DNA from: Vampirovibrionaceae bacterium NZW_1234
GTDB taxonomy: Bacteria; Cyanobacteriota; Vampirovibrionia; Vampirovibrionales; JAGQHJ01
Assembly: GCA_041697335.1 (NCBI GenBank)
Contig: JBGUGD010000019.1
Span: 1 to 60,982, forward strand
DNA length: 60,982 nt
Direction: 5' to 3'
Each line of letters begins with the position of its first letter. Position 1 is the stretch's first letter. Both the position numbers and the translations under genes were made by a program. Of the stretch, positions 20,936 to 30,371 are shown piece after piece. The notes below the pieces were generated by a model. The model had not been told where the DNA came from and made no database searches. It worked only from the letters and a program-made list of their open reading frames with translations.

Positions 20936-22192
20936 TCATGATGTCATCATGTTCAGCCGCTGACCTTGTGCAGGCATTCCCTGTGGGACCCCGCCTCCGC
21001 GCTGCTGAAGCTGTTGTAACAGTTGTTGCATACCAGGAATGGTTGTTGGCCGCTGTCCTGGTTGAAGCATTTGCATTTGCCGAGGTGTGTTTTGCCCCGC
21101 AGGGTTAATGGGCATCGGCCCTCGTTGTCCTAATGCAGCCAATTGCTGGGCTGCTGGGTTTGGAGGTGCAGCCCCGCGCTGGGCTAATGCCTGAGCGGAT
21201 AGAACGGCAGGTGGGTTTTGGGCTGTATTTGCTGCCGCCATTTGCTTGGCTTCACGCTCTTGTTTTACCACGGACAGAATGTCACGGACATCGGTTTCCT
21301 CGAAACCATATTGTCCAGGTGCACTGAGGATTTTCTCCAATTCAGCCACGATATTATCGGTAATATTGCGCAACTCTCCCAGACGCATCTGCATCATGAT
21401 GGGGAAGCGCGTAATGGAATCCGTTTTCAGTGCTCGAATGATCAGGGCCTCAGCATAGCCGTTATATTCTGGCTTGCTCAGAATGTCCGGATCTTTGCGC
21501 AGTATGCGAGCGAGCTCTTTGGATCCCTGAAGTCGGAGAGCTTCATCTTCACTGCTGAGTTGGCCCGCGATTTCTCGGGTCTTATCCGGTGTCAGCATGG
21601 CCGTTTCTTGTAGCGGCTTTGTCGGCTCGGTCACGGGCTTCTTATCTTCAGTGGCAGGCTTTTTTTCCTCTGTAGGAGAAATGGGTGCCGCCGCCGGGTT
21701 GTTGGGTGGTTGTGGCTGAGGTGGCGGGTAAGCTGGGTATTGTGGTTGGGCCCAGTTATAGTACTGAGCCGGGCTATAGTTGTAAATGTTGGACGTTCCG
21801 GGAGGAATATACCCATTTCCATATGGAATATGCGTATTAAACAGACAAGGCGCAATTTCTTCAGGCCTGGGTATAGGTGGTAACGCTGCTCCTAACGGCA
21901 CCGATTGGGCTAGAGGCCCTGCCGGTGTTGTAATTGGACCAGGATTAGTTAAAGGCTGTGGGGTCTGCATTACCGGCTGGTAATAGGCAGTCGGCAATTG
22001 GGTTGTCTGCGGCGCTACGGGCGCAGCAATGGGAAATTGGGAAGCGTTTGGAACACCATAAAGGGCCGGATTTTGTGCTCCGCCCGGTGTAAATGATTGA
22101 TAACTTGGTAACCCGTAAGTCAACGAAGTATCCCCCAGAATTCCCCTATGTATATAAAACCCGGATCCGGGAAAAAGTTGCTGGGTTTTCAA
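20936..22192 (-). CDS. Pro/Gln-rich hypothetical protein with a central helical (HEAT-like) domain
   Basis: Low-complexity P/Y/Q termini around a helical core; start codon uncertain. Confidence 0.7.
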   Translation of the reverse strand: MKTQQLFPGSGFYIHRGILGDTSLTYGLPSYQSFTPGGAQNPALYGVPNASQFPIAAPVAPQTTQLPTAYYQPVMQTPQPLTNPGPITTPAGPLAQSVPLGAALPPIPRPEEIAPCLFNTHIPYGNGYIPPGTSNIYNYSPAQYYNWAQPQYPAYPPPQPQPPNNPAAAPISPTEEKKPATEDKKPVTEPTKPLQETAMLTPDKTREIAGQLSSEDEALRLQGSKELARILRKDPDILSKPEYNGYAEALIIRALKTDSITRFPIMMQMRLGELRNITDNIVAELEKILSAPGQYGFEETDVRDILSVVKQEREAKQMAAANTAQNPPAVLSAQALAQRGAAPPNPAAQQLAALGQRGPMPINPAGQNTPRQMQMLQPGQRPTTIPGMQQLLQQLQQRGGGVPQGMPAQGQRLNMMTS

Positions 22193-22419
22193 AAATCGAC
22201 AAGTGTAGCGGTTAATGCCCTTATAGATTGTTTTTTAAATATTTAGTATGTTAATTGCTCAGTCTTTCTCGTTGTCTTCCGGGTTTGCTGGCAATTCTTC
22301 CCCGATATGGGTTTATGCTTTCTATGAGGCCTGTTTTAAAACCAGAATCTCCTCTGTCAAGCGGGCCACGAGGATGGAGGAATCTGATAGAATATTGGAA
22401 TATAAGCTGTGAAACTCGT

Positions 22420-23469
22420 ATGCATACGCACATTCAATTATCCACGGGTCGAGTGATAGGGCCTGGACACCCTACTTACATCATTGCTGAAATTGGAAGC
22501 AATCACGACGGCTCCTTAGAGACAGCCAAGCGCCTGATTGACTCAGCCAAACTGGCTGGAGCCGATGCTGTGAAGCTGCAATCCTTTCAAGTCGGAGAAT
22601 TGATTAATCGTCGCTGGAAGCCCGAAGGACAATGGGAACCTCATAAAGCGTGGGATGTTCTGGAACGCCTCACTGTGCCTGAAGAGTGGCATCAAGAGCT
22701 TCAGGCCTACTGTTGTCATGTTGGAATTGATTTTTTATCGGCTCCATTTGACCCGCAGCGATTGACGCTGTTGGCTCAGTTAAGAGTCCCCATGATTAAA
22801 ATTGCCTCAGGGGATTTGACCCATCACAGCTTGTTACGTGAAGTCGGTGCTCTCAAAATTCCCGTGATTCTTTCCACAGGATTAGCTTATCTGGGAGAGG
22901 TTGAAGCGGCTTTAAACGTATTACAGGGCGCCGGTTGCCAGGATGTTGCGTTATTGCACTGTGTGTCGCTTTATCCTCCTCGCTTTGAAGATGCGAATAT
23001 ACGGGCCATGGTGACGATGCAACAGGCATTTAAGCTTCCTGTCGGTTATTCTGACCATACACCAGGTAGTGTTGTTCCATTAGGGGCCGTTGCCTTGGGA
23101 GCATCTTTCCTTGAAAAACATCTGACCTATGATAAAACTGCTTCTGGGCCCGATCACCCTTATGCATTAGATGTTCCCGAGTTTACTGCCATGGTGACTC
23201 AAATTCGGCAACTGGAAGCGGCCTTGGGAAGTGGCATTAAGCAGCCTGTGGCTGCAGAAATCCCAGAGCGAATTGGTGCCCGCCGTGCCGTGTATGCCAA
23301 ACGTCCTATTTCCAAAGGCGAGCATATTTCTGCCGATATGATTAAAATTGTTCGTCATGCCTACCCGGAAGGGATTGGGGCTGATGACGCGGATCGAGTG
23401 ATCGGTCGGACTGCGGCGGACGATATCGATGAAGATTCACTTTTGACCTGGGAGACCTTGTTGCCATGA
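22420..23469 (+). CDS. N-acylneuraminate/pseudaminate synthase family protein (NeuB/PseI/SpsE) with a SAF domain
   Basis: IIAEIGSNHDG, KIASGD, LLHCVSLYP, GYSDHT, LEKHLT, GPDH. Confidence 0.95.
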   Translation: MHTHIQLSTGRVIGPGHPTYIIAEIGSNHDGSLETAKRLIDSAKLAGADAVKLQSFQVGELINRRWKPEGQWEPHKAWDVLERLTVPEEWHQELQAYCCHVGIDFLSAPFDPQRLTLLAQLRVPMIKIASGDLTHHSLLREVGALKIPVILSTGLAYLGEVEAALNVLQGAGCQDVALLHCVSLYPPRFEDANIRAMVTMQQAFKLPVGYSDHTPGSVVPLGAVALGASFLEKHLTYDKTASGPDHPYALDVPEFTAMVTQIRQLEAALGSGIKQPVAAEIPERIGARRAVYAKRPISKGEHISADMIKIVRHAYPEGIGADDADRVIGRTAADDIDEDSLLTWETLLP

Positions 23470-25265
23470 GTCGGGAAAAGACCATTGGAATTCTGGTCGC
23501 TCGTATGGGTTCCGGGCGATTACCCGGGAAGGCACTACGCATGATTGGGGATAAACCGTTGCTGGCTTATGGCTTGGAACGGCTCAAGCTTGTTCAGGGA
23601 TTGGATGAAATCTGGCTGGCCACCACACAGCATCCTTCGGATGATAAACTGGCTTTATGGGCCATTGAACAAGGCATTCAGGTATTCCAATATCCGGGCG
23701 AGATTGATGATGTCATGGGCCGGATTTCTGCGGTTCTTGCCAAATCCGATGCCGAGCGGTTTGTGCTCGTGTTGGGGGATTGTCCGTTTGTGGATTCCCG
23801 ATTGATGACTCACTTTGTTTCGTCCTTGGATGCACATCCGGACTGGGATTGTGTTGAAGTTGATGTTTCAAACGAATCAACCGTTCATTGTGGCGTCAAT
23901 GCCTATCGCACCCGGGGGTGGCGTATTCTGGAGGCAGCGTCCACCGATCTGAAACATCGGGAGCATGCGGGCAGTATTTTAAAAGAGCAGCCTGATCTGA
24001 TTACTCGGGGCTTTATTCAGGATGAGCCCTTGTATTATGGTCACCCTTTTCGCCTCTCGGTGGATACGCTCTCTGATCTGAATATGGTGGAGACCGTTGT
24101 AAAGGCACTAGGTGAGCCGGGTAAAGTGATTTCCTTAGCGGAAGTAATCACCTATTTGGCAGCGCATCCCGACGTTGCCGAGGCCAATCTACATGTTCAT
24201 CAAAAAACAGTGGATGAAACTTCTTGTCGGGTCATGATTGCCGTTCAGGCGGGTGAAACTTTTGGGACGGGTCATTTGGTTCGCTGCCAGACATTGGCTC
24301 GCGTATTGGAAGAGTATTATGCAGCCAATGTGCTTTTTTGGCTGGACTGCCCTACCCCATCCATGCGCCAGGATTTGATTCACTCGGGTCGTAATGTTAT
24401 TGCGGAAGAATGGAGTTTATCACAGGCCATTCGACAATATCCGGTGGATAAGCTGGTCATTGATTTTAGGGATCCCATTACGCCAAGCCTGATTCAATCT
24501 GTTAGGATGGCCAATGGCAATCTCCCCATTGTGGCCTTGGATAATAACGGCATGGGAGCACAGGATGCGGATGCCATCGTATTTCCCAATGCCCATGCTC
24601 TGCCGAACCCGGATTGGGAGCATGCCCGGGGGAAAATTTATGAAGGGCCTGATTTTACTTTGTTAGGTCCGGGGATTCTTTATGGAGACAGGCATGCGGT
24701 TGAGGATAGTCCACTTGATGTTCCCACCGTGTTGGTGACAATGGGAGGTACTGATCCGGGACACCTGACTGAAATGGCTTTAAATGCCTTAAAGGAGTTA
24801 AAAGGGTGTCATATCGATCTGGTGGTGCCTCCGCATTACCCCAACCCGGAGAATCTGGAGAAGATCGCAACCCAGATGCCTTCAACCATTACACTGCATT
24901 GGAAAGTTCGAAGCCTTTATCCCCTGATGAAGCGGGCTACCATTGCCGTTAGTGCCTTTGGGGTTACTGCGTATGAACTTGCCTATATGGGTGTTCCTGC
25001 TTTGCTGATTGGCCATTATCCAGAAAATGAGGCCGATATGATTCGATTTGAAAAATTAGGGACGGCCTTTAGTTTAGGTTGGGGCAAGCAGGTAACCCCT
25101 GAGTATTTATTTGAAAGATCAACCCAATTGCTGGAAGATGCAGGATGCCGAAGAGCAATGTCTGAAAGGGGGAAAGCTCTTTTGGATGACCGAGGTGCCC
25201 AGCGGGTTGCTCAACTGATTATTCAAGTGGCTCGGCAGTCTAATGGACAGCCGGTATCTTCTTAG
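23466..25265 (+). CDS. Fused cytidylyltransferase (SpsF/PseF-like) and UDP-sugar hydrolase (PseG/SpsG-like)
   Basis: N-half ARMGSGRLPGK, GDCP, RLSVDT; C-half GTGHLVRC, MGGTDP, GVTAYE, DRGAQRV. Confidence 0.88.
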   Translation: MSREKTIGILVARMGSGRLPGKALRMIGDKPLLAYGLERLKLVQGLDEIWLATTQHPSDDKLALWAIEQGIQVFQYPGEIDDVMGRISAVLAKSDAERFVLVLGDCPFVDSRLMTHFVSSLDAHPDWDCVEVDVSNESTVHCGVNAYRTRGWRILEAASTDLKHREHAGSILKEQPDLITRGFIQDEPLYYGHPFRLSVDTLSDLNMVETVVKALGEPGKVISLAEVITYLAAHPDVAEANLHVHQKTVDETSCRVMIAVQAGETFGTGHLVRCQTLARVLEEYYAANVLFWLDCPTPSMRQDLIHSGRNVIAEEWSLSQAIRQYPVDKLVIDFRDPITPSLIQSVRMANGNLPIVALDNNGMGAQDADAIVFPNAHALPNPDWEHARGKIYEGPDFTLLGPGILYGDRHAVEDSPLDVPTVLVTMGGTDPGHLTEMALNALKELKGCHIDLVVPPHYPNPENLEKIATQMPSTITLHWKVRSLYPLMKRATIAVSAFGVTAYELAYMGVPALLIGHYPENEADMIRFEKLGTAFSLGWGKQVTPEYLFERSTQLLEDAGCRRAMSERGKALLDDRGAQRVAQLIIQVARQSNGQPVSS

Positions 25266-25279
25266 AAGCGGCGGCGTGT

Positions 25280-27604
25280 ATGGTTCGGCTGGCGAGTGAG
25301 GTGACAAGCAAAGTCCTTTTATACAGTGTTTTTCACCTGAATTTGGCCTTTTCCAGTATTCCTAAATCCCACTATGCCTTGATTTTGGATCGTTGTTACT
25401 GGCCTCTTCTGGAAATTGCAAGGCGTATGAAGGTTCCTTTTGGCCTCGAAGCCACCGGGTTTACTTTAGAAATTCTGGATGGGCTTGATGCAAGCTTTAT
25501 CAAAGCTTTAAGAGCGGCTTGGGCCCAAGACGAAATTGAATTTGTGGGCTCCAGTTATACCCAAAGCATCTTCCCCTTGTGTCCCGCACGTGCCAATGCT
25601 GAAAATATCCGAATCGGGAATCAAATCTATCAGGAGCTTCTGGGAAAGACGCCCCAAACCGCTTATGTAAATGAGCAGACCTACGCATCGGGTCTAGTGG
25701 ATCTGTATCTGGATGCGGGCTATTCGACATTGTTTATGGAGTGGAATAACCCGGCTCGCTTTCATGCCTATGCTTCAGAAGCGCGCTATCGGCCCCAAAG
25801 AGCCTTAAATCCGGAAGGTAAACGTTCTATTTCAGTGGTGTGGAATGATTCCATTGCGTTTCAAAAGCTTCAGCGTGTTCTTTCAGCACAACTCAGTTCG
25901 GATGAGTATCTGGACTTTTTGAGGAAGCAAATTGGACCGGATAGTTCCGCTCGCGGTATTCCTTTCTACGGATCCGATGCCGAAATTATTGATTATCACC
26001 CAGGAGATTTGGAGGCGGCGTATCTTGCCTCTCGCGAGTCGAAAGATATCCAGACTTTGGTCGCCCTAATCGAGCGTATAAATGAGGAGCCCGTCTTTCA
26101 ATGGATTCGGGTTGGTGATTTTGCTGCCCATTATAGCAATCCGGCAGATCCGCCAATTCGCCTGGAATCGCCTGAATATCCATTGCCCTGTAAGAAGCAG
26201 CCTGCCTACAACCCTACCCGGTGGGCTGTTTCCGGTCGGGAGAATATTCATTTAAATACCCAATGCTTTCGTCGCTTTCACGAAATGATGGTTTTGGAGA
26301 GCTTGCGCCCGGAAGCAGTAGATACAGCAATGTGGCGACACTTGTTAGAGTCTTGGGGGAGCGATTTTCGTACCCACACGACTGAAGAAAAGATGACATT
26401 GTTGCGCCAAACGATGGCGGCATTAACTTTGTCGTTGGAAGAACGCTTGATTCATCCGGTTAATAACCCACTCCACGTCGTATTGTGGAATCCGAATGAC
26501 AAGGTTTACGACGGGCCTATGGTTCTCGAGGTTCAATTCCCTCATGGCGTGATGCATGGCTATCCTCAATTGGCATCAACGTCTCTCGTATCTGCTTTTC
26601 AGATGGAAGAGCTGGGCTATTATCAGGATGGCACGGTACGCTGGCTTAAAGGCATTTTTATGGTTCATCTTCCACCACGGAGTGAAGCGGTTTTGGTGTG
26701 GGAGTCGGCTGATAAGCCTCTAAACCCTGTATCTTACCAGGAAGTTCGAGAAACATCCCAAAGCTGGGCTCTAGAGACCGATTCTGTTTCGTTAACCTTA
26801 TTGCCGAGGATGGGAGGCGCTGTCGCTGCGCTGCAGTTTCGCCAATTAGATAGCCGACCCTGGGTTGGCACAATATCGCATGGGTATTTTGACAATATTG
26901 AATTGGCGATGGACCATTATAGCGGACATTTTTTCCTCGGATCCAAGAGTGGACAAAGAGCGACAGATTTGCATGATGCCGTGATTCAGCTTCCAGAGAA
27001 CCTTCAAGACTACCCGATCCGGATTCCGGTGGGTATCGGGTTGACCACAGAGTTGGGTAAAGTCTGGAAAACCATCTATGTATATCGTCATTTGCCCCGG
27101 GTGGACTTGATGTATCATTTCCGCTTTCAGGATATTGCTGCGGCCACTTGTCAAGTTGGGATGATGACCGTTCTTCCCGAGGCCTTTTCTCAGGAACAGC
27201 TCCGTTACTGTACTGTAAATGGCGGCTATGTTCCAGAACGCTTTTATCTCAAGGGACATCGGGTAACTCATGCCGATCCTGTCAGCATCAACGTGTCTGC
27301 TCAGCATGGGTTAGGGGCTACTGAGGGTTGGGTTGCTATTGAAGATGACCAAAAACGGCTTATTCTGCGGACCTATCCCCAGTGGGCTTATGCGATGCCG
27401 ATGATTCAATATGAAGATAGTGCACCCAGTTATTTTTTAAGGGTATTGCCTTCCATTGGCGAGTTTGACGACACGGCCCATTTGATGTGGCGTGGGCATC
27501 ATCAGTTAATGTTTTCGTGGATTGGGCAAAAGGATACGGATTCAGTGGATCTACCGCGGCTGCCACTGAGCCTGTCGGCTAATGCCTCAGTTCAACCAGT
27601 TTAA
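25280..27604 (+). CDS. GH57/deacetylase-barrel family protein in the nonulosonate operon
   Basis: FHLNLAFSSI, CYWPLL, EFVGSSYTQ, VNEQ, YGSDAE and WGSD match GH57-like regions; true start may be the GTG at 25301. Confidence 0.7.
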   Translation: MVRLASEVTSKVLLYSVFHLNLAFSSIPKSHYALILDRCYWPLLEIARRMKVPFGLEATGFTLEILDGLDASFIKALRAAWAQDEIEFVGSSYTQSIFPLCPARANAENIRIGNQIYQELLGKTPQTAYVNEQTYASGLVDLYLDAGYSTLFMEWNNPARFHAYASEARYRPQRALNPEGKRSISVVWNDSIAFQKLQRVLSAQLSSDEYLDFLRKQIGPDSSARGIPFYGSDAEIIDYHPGDLEAAYLASRESKDIQTLVALIERINEEPVFQWIRVGDFAAHYSNPADPPIRLESPEYPLPCKKQPAYNPTRWAVSGRENIHLNTQCFRRFHEMMVLESLRPEAVDTAMWRHLLESWGSDFRTHTTEEKMTLLRQTMAALTLSLEERLIHPVNNPLHVVLWNPNDKVYDGPMVLEVQFPHGVMHGYPQLASTSLVSAFQMEELGYYQDGTVRWLKGIFMVHLPPRSEAVLVWESADKPLNPVSYQEVRETSQSWALETDSVSLTLLPRMGGAVAALQFRQLDSRPWVGTISHGYFDNIELAMDHYSGHFFLGSKSGQRATDLHDAVIQLPENLQDYPIRIPVGIGLTTELGKVWKTIYVYRHLPRVDLMYHFRFQDIAAATCQVGMMTVLPEAFSQEQLRYCTVNGGYVPERFYLKGHRVTHADPVSINVSAQHGLGATEGWVAIEDDQKRLILRTYPQWAYAMPMIQYEDSAPSYFLRVLPSIGEFDDTAHLMWRGHHQLMFSWIGQKDTDSVDLPRLPLSLSANASVQPV

Positions 27605-27615
27605 AATTCTTACAT

Positions 27616-27736
27616 AAAAAGAGCGGCAGCTTACCTATCGACCGTTAGATTCACAACAACCACCTGAATTTAACGGTATCAGAGGGTATCCCTCTGAAAT
27701 GATGATAGTCAGAGCCACCGCATTGCATGTTGCGTA
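27616..27736 (-). ncRNA. Candidate small RNA with a three-way junction
   Basis: Closing stem gcggtggct/agctgccgc, a ctatc/gatag stem, two hairpins (27641-77, 27679-97), a 3' U-tract and an upstream sigma70-like promoter. Confidence 0.6.
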
Positions 27737-27742
27737 TTGAAC

Positions 27743-27771
27743 ACTATACCAGTCATTAAAGAGTTCATGAA
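27743..27771 (-). promoter_or_regulatory. Sigma70-like promoter for the candidate sRNA
   Basis: TTCATG-17 nt-TATAGT with an extended TG on the - strand. Confidence 0.55.
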
Positions 27772-27842
27772 TTGCCCTTGGTATGGTTCAAAAGTTTAAT
27801 TGTGCTTCATACTTGAGAACTAGTCCTTGGTGATTTTTTTGA

Positions 27843-28469
27843 CTAGGGGGAAATAATAGATTCCTGTAGGTCAAAGGGAACCGGCTTCGGGGACTTGCAC
27901 AGGTACACATCACCGCCAACAACGCTGACACCGACAGGGGTGCTACTGGTTTTTTCACGATAAAGAGTTTCTATGGAATTCTCCTGCCCAGGTGCGACAA
28001 CCTGAATGGCCTCTTGAATAAATTGCTCCAAGTCGTCGTTATCCATGGAGCCTTGGATAATGTATATTTGGCCATTATCAATGTCCAGTTTGTGCTTGGA
28101 TTTGGCTTGCTGCAACGCACCGATGATGTCTTCTTCGGTTGTCGTATCCAGGATATGGGCTAAAAATTGTTTACGTTCATCGACAATAATGAGGGCACGA
28201 CACGTCTCTAGGCCCGTTGTAGCCAGTGGGTGCCGGTAGCGATCTCCAACGGCCCAGCAGTTCCAATTTACGTTGAAGGCTGGTCCCTTGTATTTTGCAT
28301 TTAACGCCTGGGCTGTGTGGTTTAAAGTTGAGCTGAAGCGTGTTAGGTTGACCTGATCGCGTAATACGCCCTGAAGGTTGTAGACAGGGCTCGGTGTACG
28401 CTTCCCCATTGTATGCAACGTGGCTTTAGAAGATAAACGCTGGCACGGTTGGACAGCCTGTAAGTACAT
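27843..28469 (-). CDS. Hypothetical protein, CheD/CNF1-like Cys-His deamidase-fold candidate
   Basis: LATTGLETCRALIIV...FLAHI motif; RBS present. Confidence 0.55.
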   Translation of the reverse strand: MYLQAVQPCQRLSSKATLHTMGKRTPSPVYNLQGVLRDQVNLTRFSSTLNHTAQALNAKYKGPAFNVNWNCWAVGDRYRHPLATTGLETCRALIIVDERKQFLAHILDTTTEEDIIGALQQAKSKHKLDIDNGQIYIIQGSMDNDDLEQFIQEAIQVVAPGQENSIETLYREKTSSTPVGVSVVGGDVYLCKSPKPVPFDLQESIISP

Positions 28470-29296
28470 GATTCCCCTTTTCCCGTTATGACTCCCATAG
28501 AGTTTCTATAGTACAGGATACAAAAATAAACAGAAGTTGAATTTGCCCAAGTATGAAGAAATATAAAAGGTCTTCTCCTGATGTGGAGGGCGAGGAGCCT
28601 TTTTGTACCGGCTATATCGGCAATCTTTCAATAATAGTCTTTCTTGAGCAAGTGTATTAACAAACTGTAATATTGAGGCATATTCCCCGTGGTCCCAAAA
28701 CCTTCGAGAGTGGAGAGTTGTTTGCGAGTTGTCGGGGGAGATGCCCATAGGATAGGTATGGTTTTAAATTGTTCGAAAATATTGCAATTGTATAGATTGT
28801 TTCTGGATTTTTCGCTGGGTACAGGTAATGAAATTCCTTGATTGATAGTTGGTTTGGGAATATTGAACCTGCTGCTGATTGTCGTTTCTGCATTTTTGCT
28901 GTTAGCGGAGTGAGGCGACTACTTGAGGTCGTTGAAAAAACGAGCTGCCTGGTTTACCATACGCTTGTCAGGGGAAGTAAATTAGGTTTCGAGAGAGGGA
29001 AATGAAGGAACCGTTGCTACTATCATTGTCTGAAAAAGACATGTTACTGGGTTGTGGGTATAAATTAGACCATATTATTGAATTACCCGATGGTGGTGCC
29101 ATTTTGAACCTCGATATGCTTCGTATGGAATGGTCGCAAAAGTTACTCCATTTGGCTCGTTTTGATTAGGCTAGGGACTGAGGGCGTTTATCTTTCTGAT
29201 TTATATAAAGTCCTACTCGTGAAACTGTCTAAGTGAGCTCATCCAAAACAGTTAATTTGCCATTCATGAATTTTCTACGGTACACTGGTCTATGTT

Positions 29297-29641
29297 ATGC
29301 CAATTACTGATGAATCCAAGCCAAAATTAAAGCATCGTATTTCTGTTGCCATGGGACACTTAAATGCGGTCCATAAAATGGTGGATGAGAAAAAATATTG
29401 TATTGATATCTTGCATCAGCTGAAAGCTGTTCAGGCCGCTTTGGATAAAACCGCTGAAGAGATTTTAAGGCAGCATTTGGAAACCTGCGTAGTCGATGCT
29501 ATCCAAAATCAGGATGGTGAGCGGATCGTCGATGAATTGGTGCAAATTTTTCGTAAAGCACCAGCCCTTTACGTGTCAAAAGAAGAATGGCAATTTTCTG
29601 TTACGCCGGAAGAGGCGTCCAAGTCCGGCTGTTGCCATTAG
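29297..29641 (+). CDS. csoR: CsoR/RcnR-family metal-sensing repressor
   Basis: GHLNAVHKMV..KYCIDILHQLKAVQAAL...HLETC gives the C-H-C copper fingerprint; C-terminal GCCH. Confidence 0.9.
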   Translation: MPITDESKPKLKHRISVAMGHLNAVHKMVDEKKYCIDILHQLKAVQAALDKTAEEILRQHLETCVVDAIQNQDGERIVDELVQIFRKAPALYVSKEEWQFSVTPEEASKSGCCH

Positions 29642-29939
29642 GCTTGGTGTCACTCAATAGGATCAATTCGAAAAGGTTCAGATTTTTAATTGGTCTTTTT
29701 AAAGGACTCAGAAAGACTCAAAAATCCTAAAATAAATCGATTTATTAAACTGTCACTTGGATGACATTGTATCTTTTTGGGGCATGGTAATTTACAATTA
29801 TAGTGTTTTTCCTGAAGGATAGAGCAAACACCTGGACGAGGAATCATATCTCACGAAGGCAGTGTATGTCTCAGGACCCTTTCGAGGGGAAAACATGAAC
29901 AACCCCATATTTTATTATTCGAAAAAGGAGCAATTTATC

Positions 29940-30329
29940 ATGGATTACAAAAAAGTATTATCTGTATTAGCTTTGGCTGCTGGTGTTGCTGGCGCTTCCG
30001 AGAGCATGGCGATGGTCACCATTCCAGCTGAAGCTCCCAACGCTGCTGAGATCAACAGCTTGTTCCAAGCCAGCGAAGTTAGCGCTTCTGGCGTTCTGAT
30101 GGCTCGTGACAAAGGCTGTATGGCAAATCAAGGCTGTTTTGGCTTGTGTGCCGGTCGTAAAGATCGCAAGAAAAACAAGTCCAAGGATAAGAGCTGCGCT
30201 GGTAAAAAAGGTGAATCCAGCTGCGCTGCCAGCAAATCCGGTGAAGCTAGCTGCTCTGCTCACAAATCCGGTGAGTCCAGCTGCGCTGCCAGCAAATCTG
30301 GCGAAAAAAGCTGTGCCGCTGGCAAATAG
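29940..30329 (+). CDS. Secreted Cys-repeat RiPP precursor, MNIO substrate candidate
   Basis: RBS aaggag, Sec-type signal, 8 Cys, repeated GE[SAK]SC[AS]A units, directly upstream of DUF692. Confidence 0.88.
   Translation: MDYKKVLSVLALAAGVAGASESMAMVTIPAEAPNAAEINSLFQASEVSASGVLMARDKGCMANQGCFGLCAGRKDRKKNKSKDKSCAGKKGESSCAASKSGEASCSAHKSGESSCAASKSGEKSCAAGK
30190..30326 (+). repeat. 30-bp tandem repeats encoding the precursor core
   Basis: ggtgaatccagctgcgctgccagcaaatcc-like unit about four times, preceded by a partial KSCAGKK unit. Confidence 0.9.
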
Positions 30330-30371
30330 CGTGTAAAATAAACTACAGTGTTTTGACCAGGAGGAGCTCTT

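Noticed and set aside
28470..29296. Short ORFs in the AT-rich gap
   Set aside because: No RBS or recognisable motifs; no repeat or strong structure found by eye
29840..29900. Glycine riboswitch-like words (cgaagg, ctcagg)
   Set aside because: Missing the GGAGA and other conserved core elements; downstream gene context does not fit
30190..30326. CRISPR-like repeats
   Set aside because: Contiguous in-frame 30-bp coding repeats with no spacers and no cas genes
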